64,000 nucleotides of DNA, from assembly GCA_002633005.1 (NCBI GenBank), contig NMRA01000057.1, positions 240,836-304,835 on the forward strand. Reading direction: 5' to 3'. The translations under genes were made by a program, and so were the position numbers. Positions 40,001 through 51,971 of this stretch are shown piece by piece. The notes beneath the pieces are model-generated. The model had not been told where the DNA came from, did not search any database, and worked only from the letters and a program-made list of their open reading frames with translations. Each line of letters starts with the position of its first letter. Positions within the stretch are counted from its first letter, which is position 1. Source of the stretch: Phoronis australis (taxonomy: Eukaryota > Animalia > Phoronida).

Positions 40001-43000
40001 GTCTCAGAGTACTATTTTTGTTTAAACTACATATTTATTCACAATCACTTTTGTGTTGTTCATGGTTGGGTTGTTCATGATCGTCTCTTGATCTGAGGTG
40101 TGTTTGTTTGCAGGTGGTTGCCACAGCGATAGCTGAGCCAGGCACTTGCGTTGTCTTGAGGGTGTGGGATGGCACAAAACTTACTCTGTAAGTACTCACC
40201 AGTGTTAATTTTTGCCGTCTCTTGTTGGCATTACAGCTGTTGAGTTCTGTCGCTATTCATCCATTGGGTTGATGTGCGAATGAGTCTTGCGAATATTTAT
40301 CTTCAGGTTGGTAGTGTTTTCAGCGCTAGTGACATAACCGAAAATTAGTGTAGTCCTTATCAATCATTTTTATGGTATGCAACCCCTAAAACATGAAATA
40401 AAAAACGATGCCTGGGATATGGTAACTTTCACTTGGCGGGACATTCTTGCTGAAGACTGTTTCAGAATTCAACACCTGTAATTTGAAATACCGTGGGTGA
40501 ACACCTTATGAAGTAGAGTACATACCTAAGCCTGGTCGCATAAGTCTGCATATAGATGCCCTATAGATAAGATCTTAGTACAGTAAATGCATACTGTTAT
40601 CGAAAGCAACATGAGATGTGTTATACCTCAGAATACAATGATTGGTCTGAAGTAGTGGCAAATAACTACTGCTCCACTCACCCTACAGGTGTGATAGGGT
40701 GTCATTCTCACCTGACTGCCCTCCACTTCTCTCAATTAAAGTGACTCAGTCGGCGATTGCAGTCCAACGTTTTGCTAATGGAACTTAAGCCACTCTTGAC
40801 TAGTGGAAAAGTATTTTAAATAAATCCATCACGTCTGCAGTCTAGATCTCAGCAGCTAGTCGTAATAATTGACTATTTGTAGTAATAAAATCACAAAAAC
40901 AAGGAATTTCGATGTTTTTAGCGCTGCATGGTGTAAGCTAACACCAAGTTTGTCCCATCACACAACAATCCCAAAAATGCATTTCTTTTAGACTCTAAAC
41001 CTTACCATGAGGCCCTAAACCTAGCGTGTCCCTTACCACAAGGCCCTAAACCTAGTGTGTCCCTTACCACGAGGCCCTAAACCTAGCTTATCTCTTACCA
41101 CGAGGCTCCTTTCATCCATTTCAGACCATGGAGGGCATACGAGTTTAGTGACCATCCACATAAGGTGGACAACATTCTCTTGACCAGGTCAGAAGGTCTG
41201 GCGGTGGACGTGTGGATTTATGACGATCACTATGGCAATGCCTGCAGGATCCAGGTATGTGGCACGTGCCTAGGGAAGCTAATAGATGATTGGTGGAATC
41301 AGAACATTTAAATTTTGATTCTAAAGGCAAACACTTTGTCGACGAATCGACGTTTGGAAGTAAGATGGCGCAAATTTGTGTGCAAGGGAACAAAGGATAA
41401 GGAAAAATATTTTAGCATATTACCTCTGCATGCCCTTTACGGAATGTAGGTTTCAATGACATCTGTTTGATATTGCTTATTACTAATTGCCATCTTGTGA
41501 TCCAATGTTGTGGGGTTAGATGTGCCAAGACTGTGTCGTGCCCAGGAAACTTATCAGTCTACGTGATCCCAATGGACAATATGTGAATCAATTCACAGAC
41601 TTCATGTCTGTAATTAAAATGTTATTCAGCTGTTGATTGTGATCCCTAGTCATTGCATTCAATTTGTTCGTACACTGGATTGATGGTACAGGGCATAATT
41701 TTTTCGGTAGATCAATGGTTCTCAGGGCCACCGGTGTGGATTTTTTGTATTGCCACTATGACTAGATTCGGCAGTACGGCCACTGGATTTTTCGTTGCGA
41801 TCACTGAATTTAGTATTTCTGTCATAACGCTGTTTCTACCCCCTGTATTGAGTGTTTGATGGTCTTATTGTGAAATGATATCATAATGGCATTAAACTTG
41901 AATGGAATGATATCATAATGGCATTAAACTTGAATGGAATGATATCATAATGGCATTAAACTTGAATGGAATGATATCATAATGGCATTAAACTTGAATG
42001 GAATGATATCATAATGGCATTAAACTTATGGAATTTTTAAAGATGAACATGCCTAAATAAAATACAAAATGAGACATGTATTCAGGCTGTGCATAGACAT
42101 TGGTTGCTTTGTGTTTTCCAAGCCTGTAAACTCCAGAAAGGGAAATGAAGTTTGTTCATTACAGTATGCGAAGTATGTTTTGCCTCACCCATTTCTAATC
42201 ATTATTTCTCAAATTGTTGCAAGCTAGGTTATATCGACATTGGGTTTTAAGCTTTTCTGCTCATCATTCATTGCGATTTTTTCCTTTTTCAGCCTGGCGA
42301 CTTCATCAAAGTCACCAACCTTCACTCGGTACGTGTGAAAGACTCTCTTGACTTCCACGAGGTGGAATTAGTTGTTCACCGTGGCTTCAGCTACGGTCGC
42401 AGCGTGCGCTTACTGACGCAGACGTCAGTTGAGTTAGACTTCCTAAAGCGAAGCCTGTCCAGTGTGCCGGAAGTGACTGATTCAGACCAATGTTTGAAGG
42501 CCATTGGCGAGATGGAAAGTCAGAACAGGAATACAAATAATGCTACTGAGGTTTTGGGATATGGCAAGGAGGGTCGTGGTGGTGATACTTCAAGAAATAT
42601 TTTGGAGCAGCATGGACAGGTTGAGGTTGGCGTTGGACATGTTCGTAGCCAGGATAAGGCCAATGCAGCGGAGAGGCGAATCTCACAGGGGCACGTGAGT
42701 GGCGTCAGTGCAGTCAATGCAATGAATGATATCGTAGTTGAAGCGCGAGGCAGCGGTCGTGATCCATGGAACAGTGGTAAAGCTAAGACTGGTGCATTGT
42801 CAAGTGAGGCTGTGTTGAAAGACAGTATGCTCCAGTCAAGTAAAGTCACGGTAAAGGATCTTGAGTTGACCAGCTGTGGCCTGGAAGTGTTCTTTGAGGA
42901 TAAAGGGGTGATTAAGAAGGCACCACCTTATGTGCAGTATTCGGAGGTATTCCACAAACAGATAGCACCCGCACTGACCAAGCACCTTGAGGATGCCAAA

Positions 43001-46000
43001 CGATATCAGGAGCAGCTGTCAGAGAGACTGTTGACACGACGACTGCTCGAGACAGTGGACTCGAATGTAGAGACAGTCGTGGATGAACAGCTCACTTGCC
43101 TGCAACAGTCAGCCTCGGGTAATGCAGCACTGTGTAGTCTGGTATTGTTTAAATGTTGTTCGCAGTATTGAACTATAGAATAATGGGGTGGAGGTGAGGG
43201 AGTGGCAGAGTGCAGTTTTCGATGTTTTAACGGCATGTAGTTATTTTCACTGATGTGTTGCTGTTAAGGAATACAATGTTCATCTGTGTTTTGTCTTTGA
43301 GCACTGCTGGGTAGTTATACAGGGCTTTTTAGGCGTTGCCTTTTTGATTTGTTTGGTAATATCTAGTGTTTCTCAATCGGAGTAGGAACGCCGTGGATAA
43401 TGTCATATTCTAGAAGTGGCTATGGCCAAATTTTTCGTTTCCACCTGTCCCCAGCTTGTTTCATTTGGATGTTAAGACAGGATCTGACACTCAAGAGTTC
43501 TCAAGATTTTGGTTCCTGTGTGACAGAGCCCTAAGTTCATGTTTTCCAAACTCCGTTTTCAGTAGTTACTGCCCATCACCATATAAGAGTCACCAAGCTG
43601 TGTGATGTTATAGCAGCCCCTGTCCCTGGAAAATTCCGTGTGTTTGCACGTCTCGCCAAGTTCTCACCCCACACTGACAACCCAGGAGTATTTCTCATGT
43701 TACAGTGCCCTGCCTGCTTGTCTCTGTGAGTATTGGATAAACACAATGCTAAAATTAGTGTTTGAATTCATTTCCTCTGATTTGCAAATTAAATGAAAAA
43801 TGTAACAATTTTGAATGGAAAGGAATACTGTGTTGTTGGTATATTCTAAACTTCTTTTCTAAATGTTTATTTAAAATTTGATTCGGAAATTAAAGTTGAC
43901 CCAGATAACACCAGACACCTTGTATCCATAGTGATGCTGGTGCTTTCTTCAATGTGTGCATTCATCCTCACTAATTTGAATTAGATTTAGTTTTCCTGTG
44001 TCCAGTATTTCGTGTTGAAGAATCTGCTACATTTAGTTAATCTCCTCTAAACATTTGGGAGTAGTTTTCATGAAACAAAAATTAAACAAAATTTAGTTTA
44101 TATTAGTACATATACAAGATTTACCCTTCGTTTCACTGAATTTCATTGGGAAAAGACCTGATCAGTTTGTTCGAAAAGGGTTGTTGGTTTCATCAGCCCT
44201 TAATTGGTTTGGTTTCTTGGTGTTTACAGCATGGAGTGGTCAGCCCGGTCAATGCTGGATACCATTAGTGATTCTACACAGTCCTATATCTGTATGAAAT
44301 GTGCCAGTTGTGCACCGGGTGGTAAGTCGTGTCACATATGAGACTGTTTTTTGATTTTTTATAGAATTCATGTGGTTTGTAAAAGTCTGGAAATCCTAAT
44401 CCTGTCTTTAAGAAAATTTATTTTGTTTTCTAAGTTTAGTATAGTGAAAGTCTTAAAATTTCAGACAATTTCAGAAGATCCAAATTTGATAAAGTAAGAT
44501 GCAGAGTGCTGTTTTTGCCAAAGTAGTGCAGCAGTTTCTTTGTGGTCAAGTTTAAAGTTGTACAGAAAAGCCGAGGCAATTATCTAAAAAAATCGATTGT
44601 CAATCATTGTAATTTATTTTGGTTTCTGATGCCACTTTGTTAGCCATGGCTTTAAAGTATCATTTTCATGGGTAGATATTTACTCCTAGACAGAAAAATG
44701 GACTGTTTTCATGTGGTGAAGATACAGTACAAGCCTAAAGGAAACAGACAAAACACCATACTTGCCTCATGTTGGTCAATTCAGCAGATTCTTTTCCTCT
44801 TAATTCTGGCGGAAAATGACACATCATAGCTGCTGTAATCTCTTATCATAGTCTTCTGATGCCGCCACAATGTTCTATTGCATATCTGAGTGCGCTGACA
44901 GAATTTCCTATGTGCACCTGTACTGTGCACAATTGTTGAAAACCAGTGTATTGCCCAAGTACTATAAACATTTTGATGGCACAGGAACAGCTGTGAAAGT
45001 TTTGCCATACCTTGCGGTGACTCAATGTTTCATGTTTTTGATAGCTCTTAGCGGACCACACCAATACCTGTGTACAACTGGCTCTTAGTGAACATTTTTA
45101 ACCCCGGTATAAAACCAACTCCTGCGTATGTTTTGTGGCTTGTACTGTATTTGAGAGATTGTACTTCTGCTTTGTGGCAGATTTTCATGTATTGGTATAA
45201 CAAATTTTCGGCGACATCTGTTATGATGTTGAAATGTACAAGGTCTTTATTGACGTACAGTAATTCTGGCTTACCATTAGACCTCTGGAGAAGGTCTAAT
45301 ACCTAAATTGAAGTGTCCTGTTGTGACCACTGGTCATGATATTTTCTAAGTACATGAAATTTGCATTTTAGCCTTGGCACAGGCAGCAATGTTTGACGTT
45401 TTGTTACAGGTCCCAAGTCCAAGCTAAAACCGTTAATATTCATGAAACTATGTCTGAAGGATGCCACTGGCGAGATTGTGGTTATACTGAGTGGCGAGGA
45501 GGCGGTAAGTTGCTGTCGCAGCCTGTGGGCCTTGAGTTTGCAAGTAGTAAGCTAGAATTACACTGATAAAAATTGTTGAGAATGTCCACAATTTCTTAGG
45601 TCTATTGTCTGGTGGTTGCTATGACACTGATCTTTAAAACCAACATGGCATTTATTCGATATTCAGGATATTGCGTATCTTTTGGTAAAAAATGAACAAA
45701 TAAAATTTCACTTTTCCTTGTTGCATCCAAAATTCGTAAGATTCGATGATGAATGTAAAATTAATGATTAATTTCATGCTGATGTTCTGTATGAATTTCT
45801 GACTTCACCGGAATATCGTAAACAGTTGCCCTGGCATTTGCTTGACAATTCGCTTTTTCATTCATGGGACCATGCTATAATCTATATTCACGTGTTATCA
45901 TAATAATTATTCTAACAAAACTTTATTAAAAGAGGGAATATTTACATAAAATGTATTACGCTTACGGCTTACGTACAATACGATTCCATAATACACCCCT

Positions 46001-46396
46001 TACATGTTATGTATGAGTGCATACAATACGAAGAATAGGAGGCATGGAATGTGAGGTATGGAACAGGAAATCTTGCCCAACGGTCCACCAGTGAGGCAGT
46101 GGGATCCGAACCCACGGGCTCTGACATGGGAGGCAGCATCTCATCCACTAAATCACACCGACACTGCCTGCAAGCTTTTTAATTGTTGCTTTCAGGATAA
46201 ATTCTTTGGATTGTCAGCTCTCGAGTTTTTCTCCAGTCGTCATCCTGATAGCCTGCTGGTACAGTTAAATGACAGGCTGGAGTTGCTGGTAGCTGGCGGG
46301 ATGACAAAGGCTTCTAATTGGTTGGACTGCTGCGTGATGTCCTGCAATAGGAACAATGTCAAGTACCATATGTTTGATACACAGTTAGTCGACTGA
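33856..46396 (+). CDS. POT1: Protection of telomeres protein 1, 12 coding exons, ~769 aa
   Basis: YSYVTIDKVKEGDIINVWGVVKYF..PTRGT/D, CVGDIIRLHRVK, QGNVSPGFSSLVFDG..EPRTS, LKKLREW, YFDLVCQ, LRVWDGTK, VDVWIYDDH, PGDFIKVTNLH, ELVVHRGFSYGRSVRLL, KFRV..CPAC, LKDATG, WLDCCV..YHMFDTQL match POT1 OB1/OB2/OB3 motifs; exon phases consistent. Confidence 0.96.
35387..35504 (+). CDS. POT1: POT1 coding exon 2
   Basis: KPTPRSYSYVTIDKVKEGDIINVWGVVKYFQGPQPTRGT. Confidence 0.94.
37022..37164 (+). CDS. POT1: POT1 coding exon 3
   Basis: DHRMMVSIAD...CVGDIIRLHRVK. Confidence 0.94.
37726..37866 (+). CDS. POT1: POT1 coding exon 4
   Basis: VCLFRGELQGNVSPGFSSLVFDG...TDEDRAT. Confidence 0.9.
37916..38427 (+). mobile_element. 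~510-bp MITE (hAT-like TIRs) in POT1 intron 4
   Basis: TIR CAGGGCTTGGAAT / ATTCCAAGCCCTG; GCTGTA on both flanks; second copy in TPR intron. Confidence 0.88.
38721..38840 (+). CDS. POT1: POT1 coding exon 5
   Basis: LKKLREWNAS...YFDLVCQ. Confidence 0.94.
40114..40187 (+). CDS. POT1: POT1 coding exon 6
   Basis: VVATAIAEPGTCVVLRVWDGTKLT. Confidence 0.93.
41001..41106. repeat. 31-bp minisatellite (~3.4 copies) containing CCCTAAACCTAG
   Basis: CTTACCA at 41001, 41032, 41063, 41094. Confidence 0.85.
41125..41254 (+). CDS. POT1: POT1 coding exon 7
   Basis: PWRAYEF...GLAVDVWIYDDHYGNACRIQ. Confidence 0.93.
41874..42027. repeat. 32-bp minisatellite (~4.8 copies)
   Basis: AATGATATCATAATGGCATTAAACTTGAATGG repeated. 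Confidence 0.92.
42293..43118 (+). CDS. POT1: POT1 coding exon 8 (end of OB2 plus long linker)
   Basis: PGDFIKVTNLHS...HRGFSYGRSVRLL...CLQQSAS; 826-nt open exon. Confidence 0.9.
43563..43725 (+). CDS. POT1: POT1 coding exon 9
   Basis: VTAHHHIRVTKLCDVIAAPVPGKFRVFARL...LQCPACL. Confidence 0.92.
44230..44321 (+). CDS. POT1: POT1 coding exon 10
   Basis: MEWSARSMLD..YICMKCASCAPG; phases 2/1 fit neighbours. Confidence 0.85.
45410..45504 (+). CDS. POT1: POT1 coding exon 11
   Basis: LKPLIFMKLCLKDATGEIVVILSGEEA. Confidence 0.92.
46065..46165 (-). mobile_element. tRNA-derived SINE head in last POT1 intron
   Basis: A-box-like TGATTTAGTGG, B-box GGTTCGGATCC, then GTTGGGCAAGA. Confidence 0.55.
46196..46396 (+). 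CDS. POT1: POT1 last coding exon
   Basis: DKFFGLSA...WLDCCVMS..YHMFDTQLVD*. Confidence 0.93.
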   Translation, partial: DKFFGLSALEFFSSRHPDSLLVQLNDRLELLVAGGMTKASNWLDCCVMSCNRNNVKYHMFDTQLVD

Positions 46397-47639
46397 GTCG
46401 TGGATGTACTCGCGTACTTGTAGAGGCGTTGTACATTTTAGTGGGTTTGAAAGGTTTTGTGCGTTCAGTGTTGTGTGAGCAGAAATGAATGGTAGTCTGT
46501 CTGCATTTTGGGGTGGCGTGTGAGACATGGGAGAGCCAGAAGTATGTGACTAGTTTTCAAGTTTAGTTCCAAGTTTGATGAACGAGCTAGTTTTCAGGTT
46601 TTGTTCCAAGTTTGAAGTATGAGATGATGGTTTTCATGTTTAGATCGAAGTTTATAGTTTCACGAAAGGTAACTTAAATTTTGTGTCGGAAATTTGTTCT
46701 AACTTTACCTTTTTACAATTTATAAGACAGACATGTTCTTTAAAACTAATGCAATAAGAAGAGATGTTGATTTTTTTACGAAATTTAATTTAATTGTTTG
46801 CGTTTGCCAATGCCATATGAAAGAAGGTTTTTGTTTTTTCTGACGTAAAAATATACATGTGTAGAATTACAAGATCCACAAACAAATGCAAATTAAGGTA
46901 ATTAAGGTAAACATTACTATGCTACAAAATTACATTTATTTAAAAGCAATTCTACAAGGAAGCTTTTAAGCAGTAATACATTTTACTTGACCTGGAACTT
47001 TACCTAGAGACCTTTACAATGCTTTAGCAACTACGTAGCGTGTCCCTGATAAAACTTACTTGAAACTTGCTCGTGGTCAAGACAGCTTGTTCTCATTAAC
47101 CAGGTAATGTTACAAATAACTGAAATAGCGTCGGCGACAAACATTGACGCTCTTTTGGAAATCTCCAGTATTGGGATAAAAATATTTCAGTTAAGGGAGA
47201 TCACTATCATGAATCGTCGACTTAAGTGGTCCTGAAAGAAGAGATAATGTACTAAATAATTGCCGACCTAACGTTTGTCCTATGGATGATATATCTGAGG
47301 ACTCGACACTATTAATGTCACACTTGTCAAATAACTTTAAGATTTCTTGTACTTTGTCCCAAGAATCTTTGGGTAGCATGGATAAAGATCTGGAGGGTGG
47401 AAAAAATATCACCGCTATGGATGATACATCTGAGGGCTTGTCACCATTACTGTCACACTTGTCAAATAACTCGTAGATTTCTTCTACTGTAGCCCAAGAA
47501 TCTTTTGGTTTACCTTTACTGTTAATAGCTTGGATAAAGAGCTGGAAGACGAAAAAATATCACCATGGCTGTGATGTCTTGTGAATAGAGGAGTAAGAAA
47601 GACTTCTTTACTCGAATACTTCTTTATTGTTAACTGAAT

Positions 47640-48144
47640 TATTGTGTTTCTGGACACGTACTATTGGTGACACCCAAGGTGTTGGCTCAGTGACTTTCGT
47701 GATAATGCCACACCTTTCTAGATGGTCTAGTCCCACTTTTACCTGCTCTCTGATAGCAGCTGCAACTGATCTGGGAAGGTGAACTAGATGTACCTGAATG
47801 TCTTATTAACCTGGAATTGACCCAATTGCTTCTTCAAACATGTCACTGTATTTTCTTATAAAAGAGTCATGATTTGTATTTTGCTTTTGAGAGTAGAGTT
47901 CAAACACTTTGTGGACTACATTTATTTTCACACTGTCATCACAACCTGACAAATCTACTTGTTTCCTGTTGTCCAGTACAAGAAACTCTATCATGTGTCT
48001 TTGATTCTTATAAACAGATGGCAGTATAATTTTACCATATGCTTTCTATGGTTTTCCATGAATGCCATTAATCATATCATTGCTTTGCTTCAACAGATGT
48101 TCACTACTTAACTTTCTCAGTGTAGTTAGCGATAATACATTGCA
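47640..48144 (-). pseudogene. Gypsy pol fragment (protease-RT junction)
   Basis: IEFLVLDN..., KYSDMFEEAIGSIPG, AAIREQVKVGLDHLERCGIITKVTEPTPWVSPIV; 47785-48144 repeated at 50986-51337. Confidence 0.8.
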
Positions 48145-48562
48145 CACATGCATACATTTGTCACAACAAAAATTGACACCCTGCGGCTATTAAAAGTGGG
48201 AAAATAAAATGCTAACCATGCCCATCTCAGGCCAGTGAGTCAGGGGTCAAGAGAAATGAAATTAGTAATATTTCAAATACAACCTAATTACATTGACTAG
48301 TAAGTGACTTCGAAAATTGCTTAAACAAAATGACACAGATTTCAATTGATGAAACCATGTCTGAACATACAAAAAACATTAAACTTAAATTTCTACCCTT
48401 TACAATGCTGTAGTAAAATTATTCCATGCCTCACAAAGGTAACACATTTATTTACCATTGTTCTAATTCTACACATGAGGTGAACCGTGGTGTGACCACT
48501 AGATGAAGACTTCATTAGCAACAATGAAGATCGTTTCCATTTACTTAAATTTAAATACAAAC

Positions 48563-49153
48563 CTCTCCACCCTCTACTTCGGCACACAGCGCATTCTCCA
48601 TAGCCTCTGGCAAACGTGGCACTTGTTGAATCACTGGAGGTTGCTTTGGCAGTGTAGGCAAAAGCCATTGAGCAGCTGGTCTTTGTGGTGGTTTTTCACA
48701 ACCTCTGATGAAGGCTAGCCACCACTTCTTCGTTTCTTTACTAAAAAGAGGCTCCCAGCTGGTCAGGGACTTCCTCATTCGGTCTATCAGAACCCTTTCC
48801 ATACTAGGAAGGATTATGTCGGGAGCTCCAGTGGGTGTAGAGCGGAGGAAGGTCTCCTTCAGTACCACTGGTTTTGAAGTGCTAACCAGTTTGTATGATA
48901 CCTCAACGCCATTGTCTTTTTGACGGAAAGCAAAATGGTGTGGCTTGCTGTGGTGCCTCACTATGTTAATGTGAGGACCAAGCCAGTCTCTCATATTGAG
49001 GGTGTTGTTTACTTCTTTAGTGCAAGAACCCAACAGTTTCATCAAGGCTGGGAGCGTTTCAGCATCTTTTTTCCGCATTGTCTCAGCGATGCGTTGGAAT
49101 GCACTGTCGATGTCTTCATGCATATGCCCCACAATTAGGAATGATAGTTGCAC
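48563..49153 (-). pseudogene. DUF7869-type (transposase-like) exon
   Basis: Open exon with AG/GT sites; FLIVGHMHEDIDSAF..., WLGPHI..HSKPHHFAF. Confidence 0.75.
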
Positions 49154-49416
49154 CTAAGTAATAAAAACAGTTGCAATTGCGGTTATGTAATTTAAAATAC
49201 AATACAGTTTAAAACACGTTTTAGCTAAAGGCTTATATAGAGCATGGCCCTCTTACAGCAATAAAATAAATTAAATTATATCAAATTCTGTTAAATGTAG
49301 TTGCGCTATGGATAAGTAAAACATTTGCATCTGCTTGAAGTCGCGTATTATAATACAATGCAAATGTAACAATGACATGGATCAGTTACATCGCTACTCT
49401 TGTAACCTCTGATCGT

Positions 49417-49739
49417 TCATGGCTTTGAAAAGAATTGCAAATGAGTCGCAACTTCCGACTCATAAAACGCCACCAGCTTTCCTAGCATTTCAGTAAAAAA
49501 ATTCATCAAAAGGTACTTTGACAACTTCAATGCCCTTCTTGGTGAAGAAAACCTAATCACAAGATTTGGCACTATAGATGCCCATTTGCCCTTGTATTTG
49601 AGCATAGTACTGGCAGTTTGCCTGACAAACCAGTTGGCCATTGTCATCTGAACACCCTTTGGATAATAAGGCAGATTTTGGATGCGAATTCCTCAGGGCA
49701 AATGGACATTTGATTTCAACAAGCTTAAGTCCATGACAC
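49417..49739 (-). pseudogene. YqaJ-like (lambda exonuclease fold) fragment, ISL2EU-type
   Basis: CHGLKLVEIKCPF..., YYAQIQGQMGI..CD. Confidence 0.85.
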
Positions 49740-49742
49740 TTA

Positions 49743-49967
49743 GGGCTGTTCCAGCAAAATCTGTATGGGAGTGGGGAAGGCACTTTTATTTCGTACCCAC
49801 CGCCCATATTTTTCATTTATTTCTCCAACCCATGACCCATAATTTTTTAATAGGTTAAAATATAAAATCCAACACTTGCAAACAAATTGCCTCCAGGAGG
49901 ACCTGTTAAGAACTTAGATGATTGGCAGACAAGAACTAGTTGTCTTGTCCAATATTGTCAAAAACTG
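49743..49967. mobile_element. Left arm of the Harbinger-type MITE seen at 4959
   Basis: Near-identical to 4959-5197. Confidence 0.85.
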
Positions 49968-50135
49968 AAGGGAAATCATTTTGTGAACAATAATTGATAT
50001 GGACTTTATTTTGATTTTTGCATTGTACACTAAGTGTTTTGTAACTTTTTTGTATTGGCCTTCCACAGGTTACCACATTCAAACCACATTTAAAAAGTCT
50101 CAAAGTAAAAATAGTCACCAGTCTCAGTATTGAAG

Positions 50136-50690
50136 TCAGCTGGAGTCTATTCTGCATCTGTTGACCACTTTTTTTGCAAAGAGTACGCATTTTGCACTGT
50201 CATCCCTTTCAAACTTGAACTGGTGTGGAACAGAGTGGTGCCGTAGTACATTCAAGTGAGGTTTTAACCACTGACTCGCGCCATATAGCTTCTTGAGATG
50301 TCTTGAAATGGGAGGTGGCTGAATAGAGTTTCGAAATGACTGCATAAGCTTTGGGAGGGAATTAGCCGATTGTCGTTTTAGGTACACCGAAAACCTAGAG
50401 AACACTTGGTCAACATCTTCATGTGTGTGACCAACCATCAGAAAGCCAACTTTGATTTTCCGAAACACCTTCAACTCCACCGGCAGGGCACAAAGTCCAA
50501 ATACAACCATATTTTTATTTTCACGTCAACAGTTGTCCATTTGCAAGTAGAGAACATCTGGCAAATAGAGACTGGCCAGCGAGGTCAAAAGAACGTTGGC
50601 AGTTATGTCTGGGCCGTGTCCCCACAAGCCCAGATCAAAATACCCGAAGGTGGCATGACCATGTACCAGTGCTCCTGTCAGATGGGTCCG
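50136..50690 (-). pseudogene. Second, divergent DUF7869-type fragment
   Basis: LPDVLYLQMDNC*RENKN, GFLMVGHTHEDVDQVFSRFS, HSVPHQFKF. Confidence 0.8.
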
Positions 50691-50985
50691 AAGCTTCTGC
50701 ATCTAAATGAGGAAATGGTTACTTACAGGGGGTGAGAAGCAGGTTTCTGCTAAGAATAAAATGCATCAAACTGTTTCTCAATATAGGGTACTCCTGTACG
50801 TAAGTATTGGTGTAAATATTATGGAACCATTCCCCATTTCTAGACATAAAAAGCAAAACTTCAATAAATAAAAATGTGAAATTAAATACAAGCTGTTCTA
50901 GAGGTTGCTATAAATAGAGCGACGTATTTTAGTAATGAAGAAAGCTGTTGTTTCAGCTGAGAGTAATCGCTTTCCAATTCTGAAG

Positions 50986-51337
50986 TAGATGTACCTGAAT
51001 GTCATATTAACCTGGAATAGACCCAATTGCTTCTTCAAACACGTCACTGTATTATCGTATAAAAGAGTCATGATTTGGGTTTTGCTTTTGAGAGTAGAGT
51101 TCAAACACTCTCTGGACTACATTTATTTTTACACCGTCATCACAACCTGACAAATCTACTTGTTTCCTGTTGTCCAGTACAAGAAACTCTATCATGTGTC
51201 TTATAAACAGATGACAGTATAATTTTACCATATGCTTTCTATGGTTTGCCATGAATGCCATTAATCATAACATTGCTTTGCTTCAACAGATGTTCACTAC
51301 CTAACTTTCTCATTGTAAATAGCGATAATACATTGCA
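50986..51337 (-). repeat. Duplicate of Gypsy fragment 47785-48144
   Basis: Direct similarity by eye. Confidence 0.85.
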
Positions 51338-51516
51338 GTGTGCAAAAGTATCAATTGCTAAGGATAAGTGCGACTTATTGACTTGCACTGTGTATAGTTT
51401 AACAACGCATTTTATTTAACTCTACAACATTACTTGGCCAGACAAAAATCAAACATTGAAAACTCTTCCTAGTTCATTTAAGTATTTCAAGAGATATGGG
51501 CTATTATTGATTGCTC

Positions 51517-51781
51517 AGAAATCTATGTGCAACGCCCCAGTTTGCCGTCCTCACCGCGTATTACATGGTCCTCCTATAAGCACCATAATACTCTTAAAGC
51601 CTTGGTTGGCATATCTCCTATTGGAGGCTTCTGCTTTGTCTCCAGTTTATGGACTGGTTGCATTTCTGATCGACGAATAACAGAAATATCAGAATTTCTA
51701 GACCATGTGGAACATGGTGATGATATAATGGCAGACAGGGTTTTTTTTAATATGCGACTTGTTAGCACTGCATGGTGCAAC
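51517..51781 (+). pseudogene. ISL2EU/Harbinger DDE_Tnp_4 transposase fragment
   Basis: VQRPS..TWSSYKHHNTLKALVGISPIG..FVSSLWTGCISDRRITE..GDDIMADR. Confidence 0.88.
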
Positions 51782-51971
51782 TCGCAACTTCCGACTCATA
51801 AAACGCCACCAGCTTTCCTAGTATTTCATTTAAAAAAATTTCATCAAAAGGTACATCGACAACTTCAATGCTCTTCTTGGTGAAGAGAACCAAATCACAA
51901 GGTTTGGCACCATAGATGCCCATTTGCCCTTGTATTTGAGCATAGTACGGGCGGTTTGCCTGACAAACCAG

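Noticed and set aside
41874-42027. 32-bp repeat as CRISPR array
   Set aside because: Head-to-tail copies with no spacers, inside a eukaryotic intron, no cas genes
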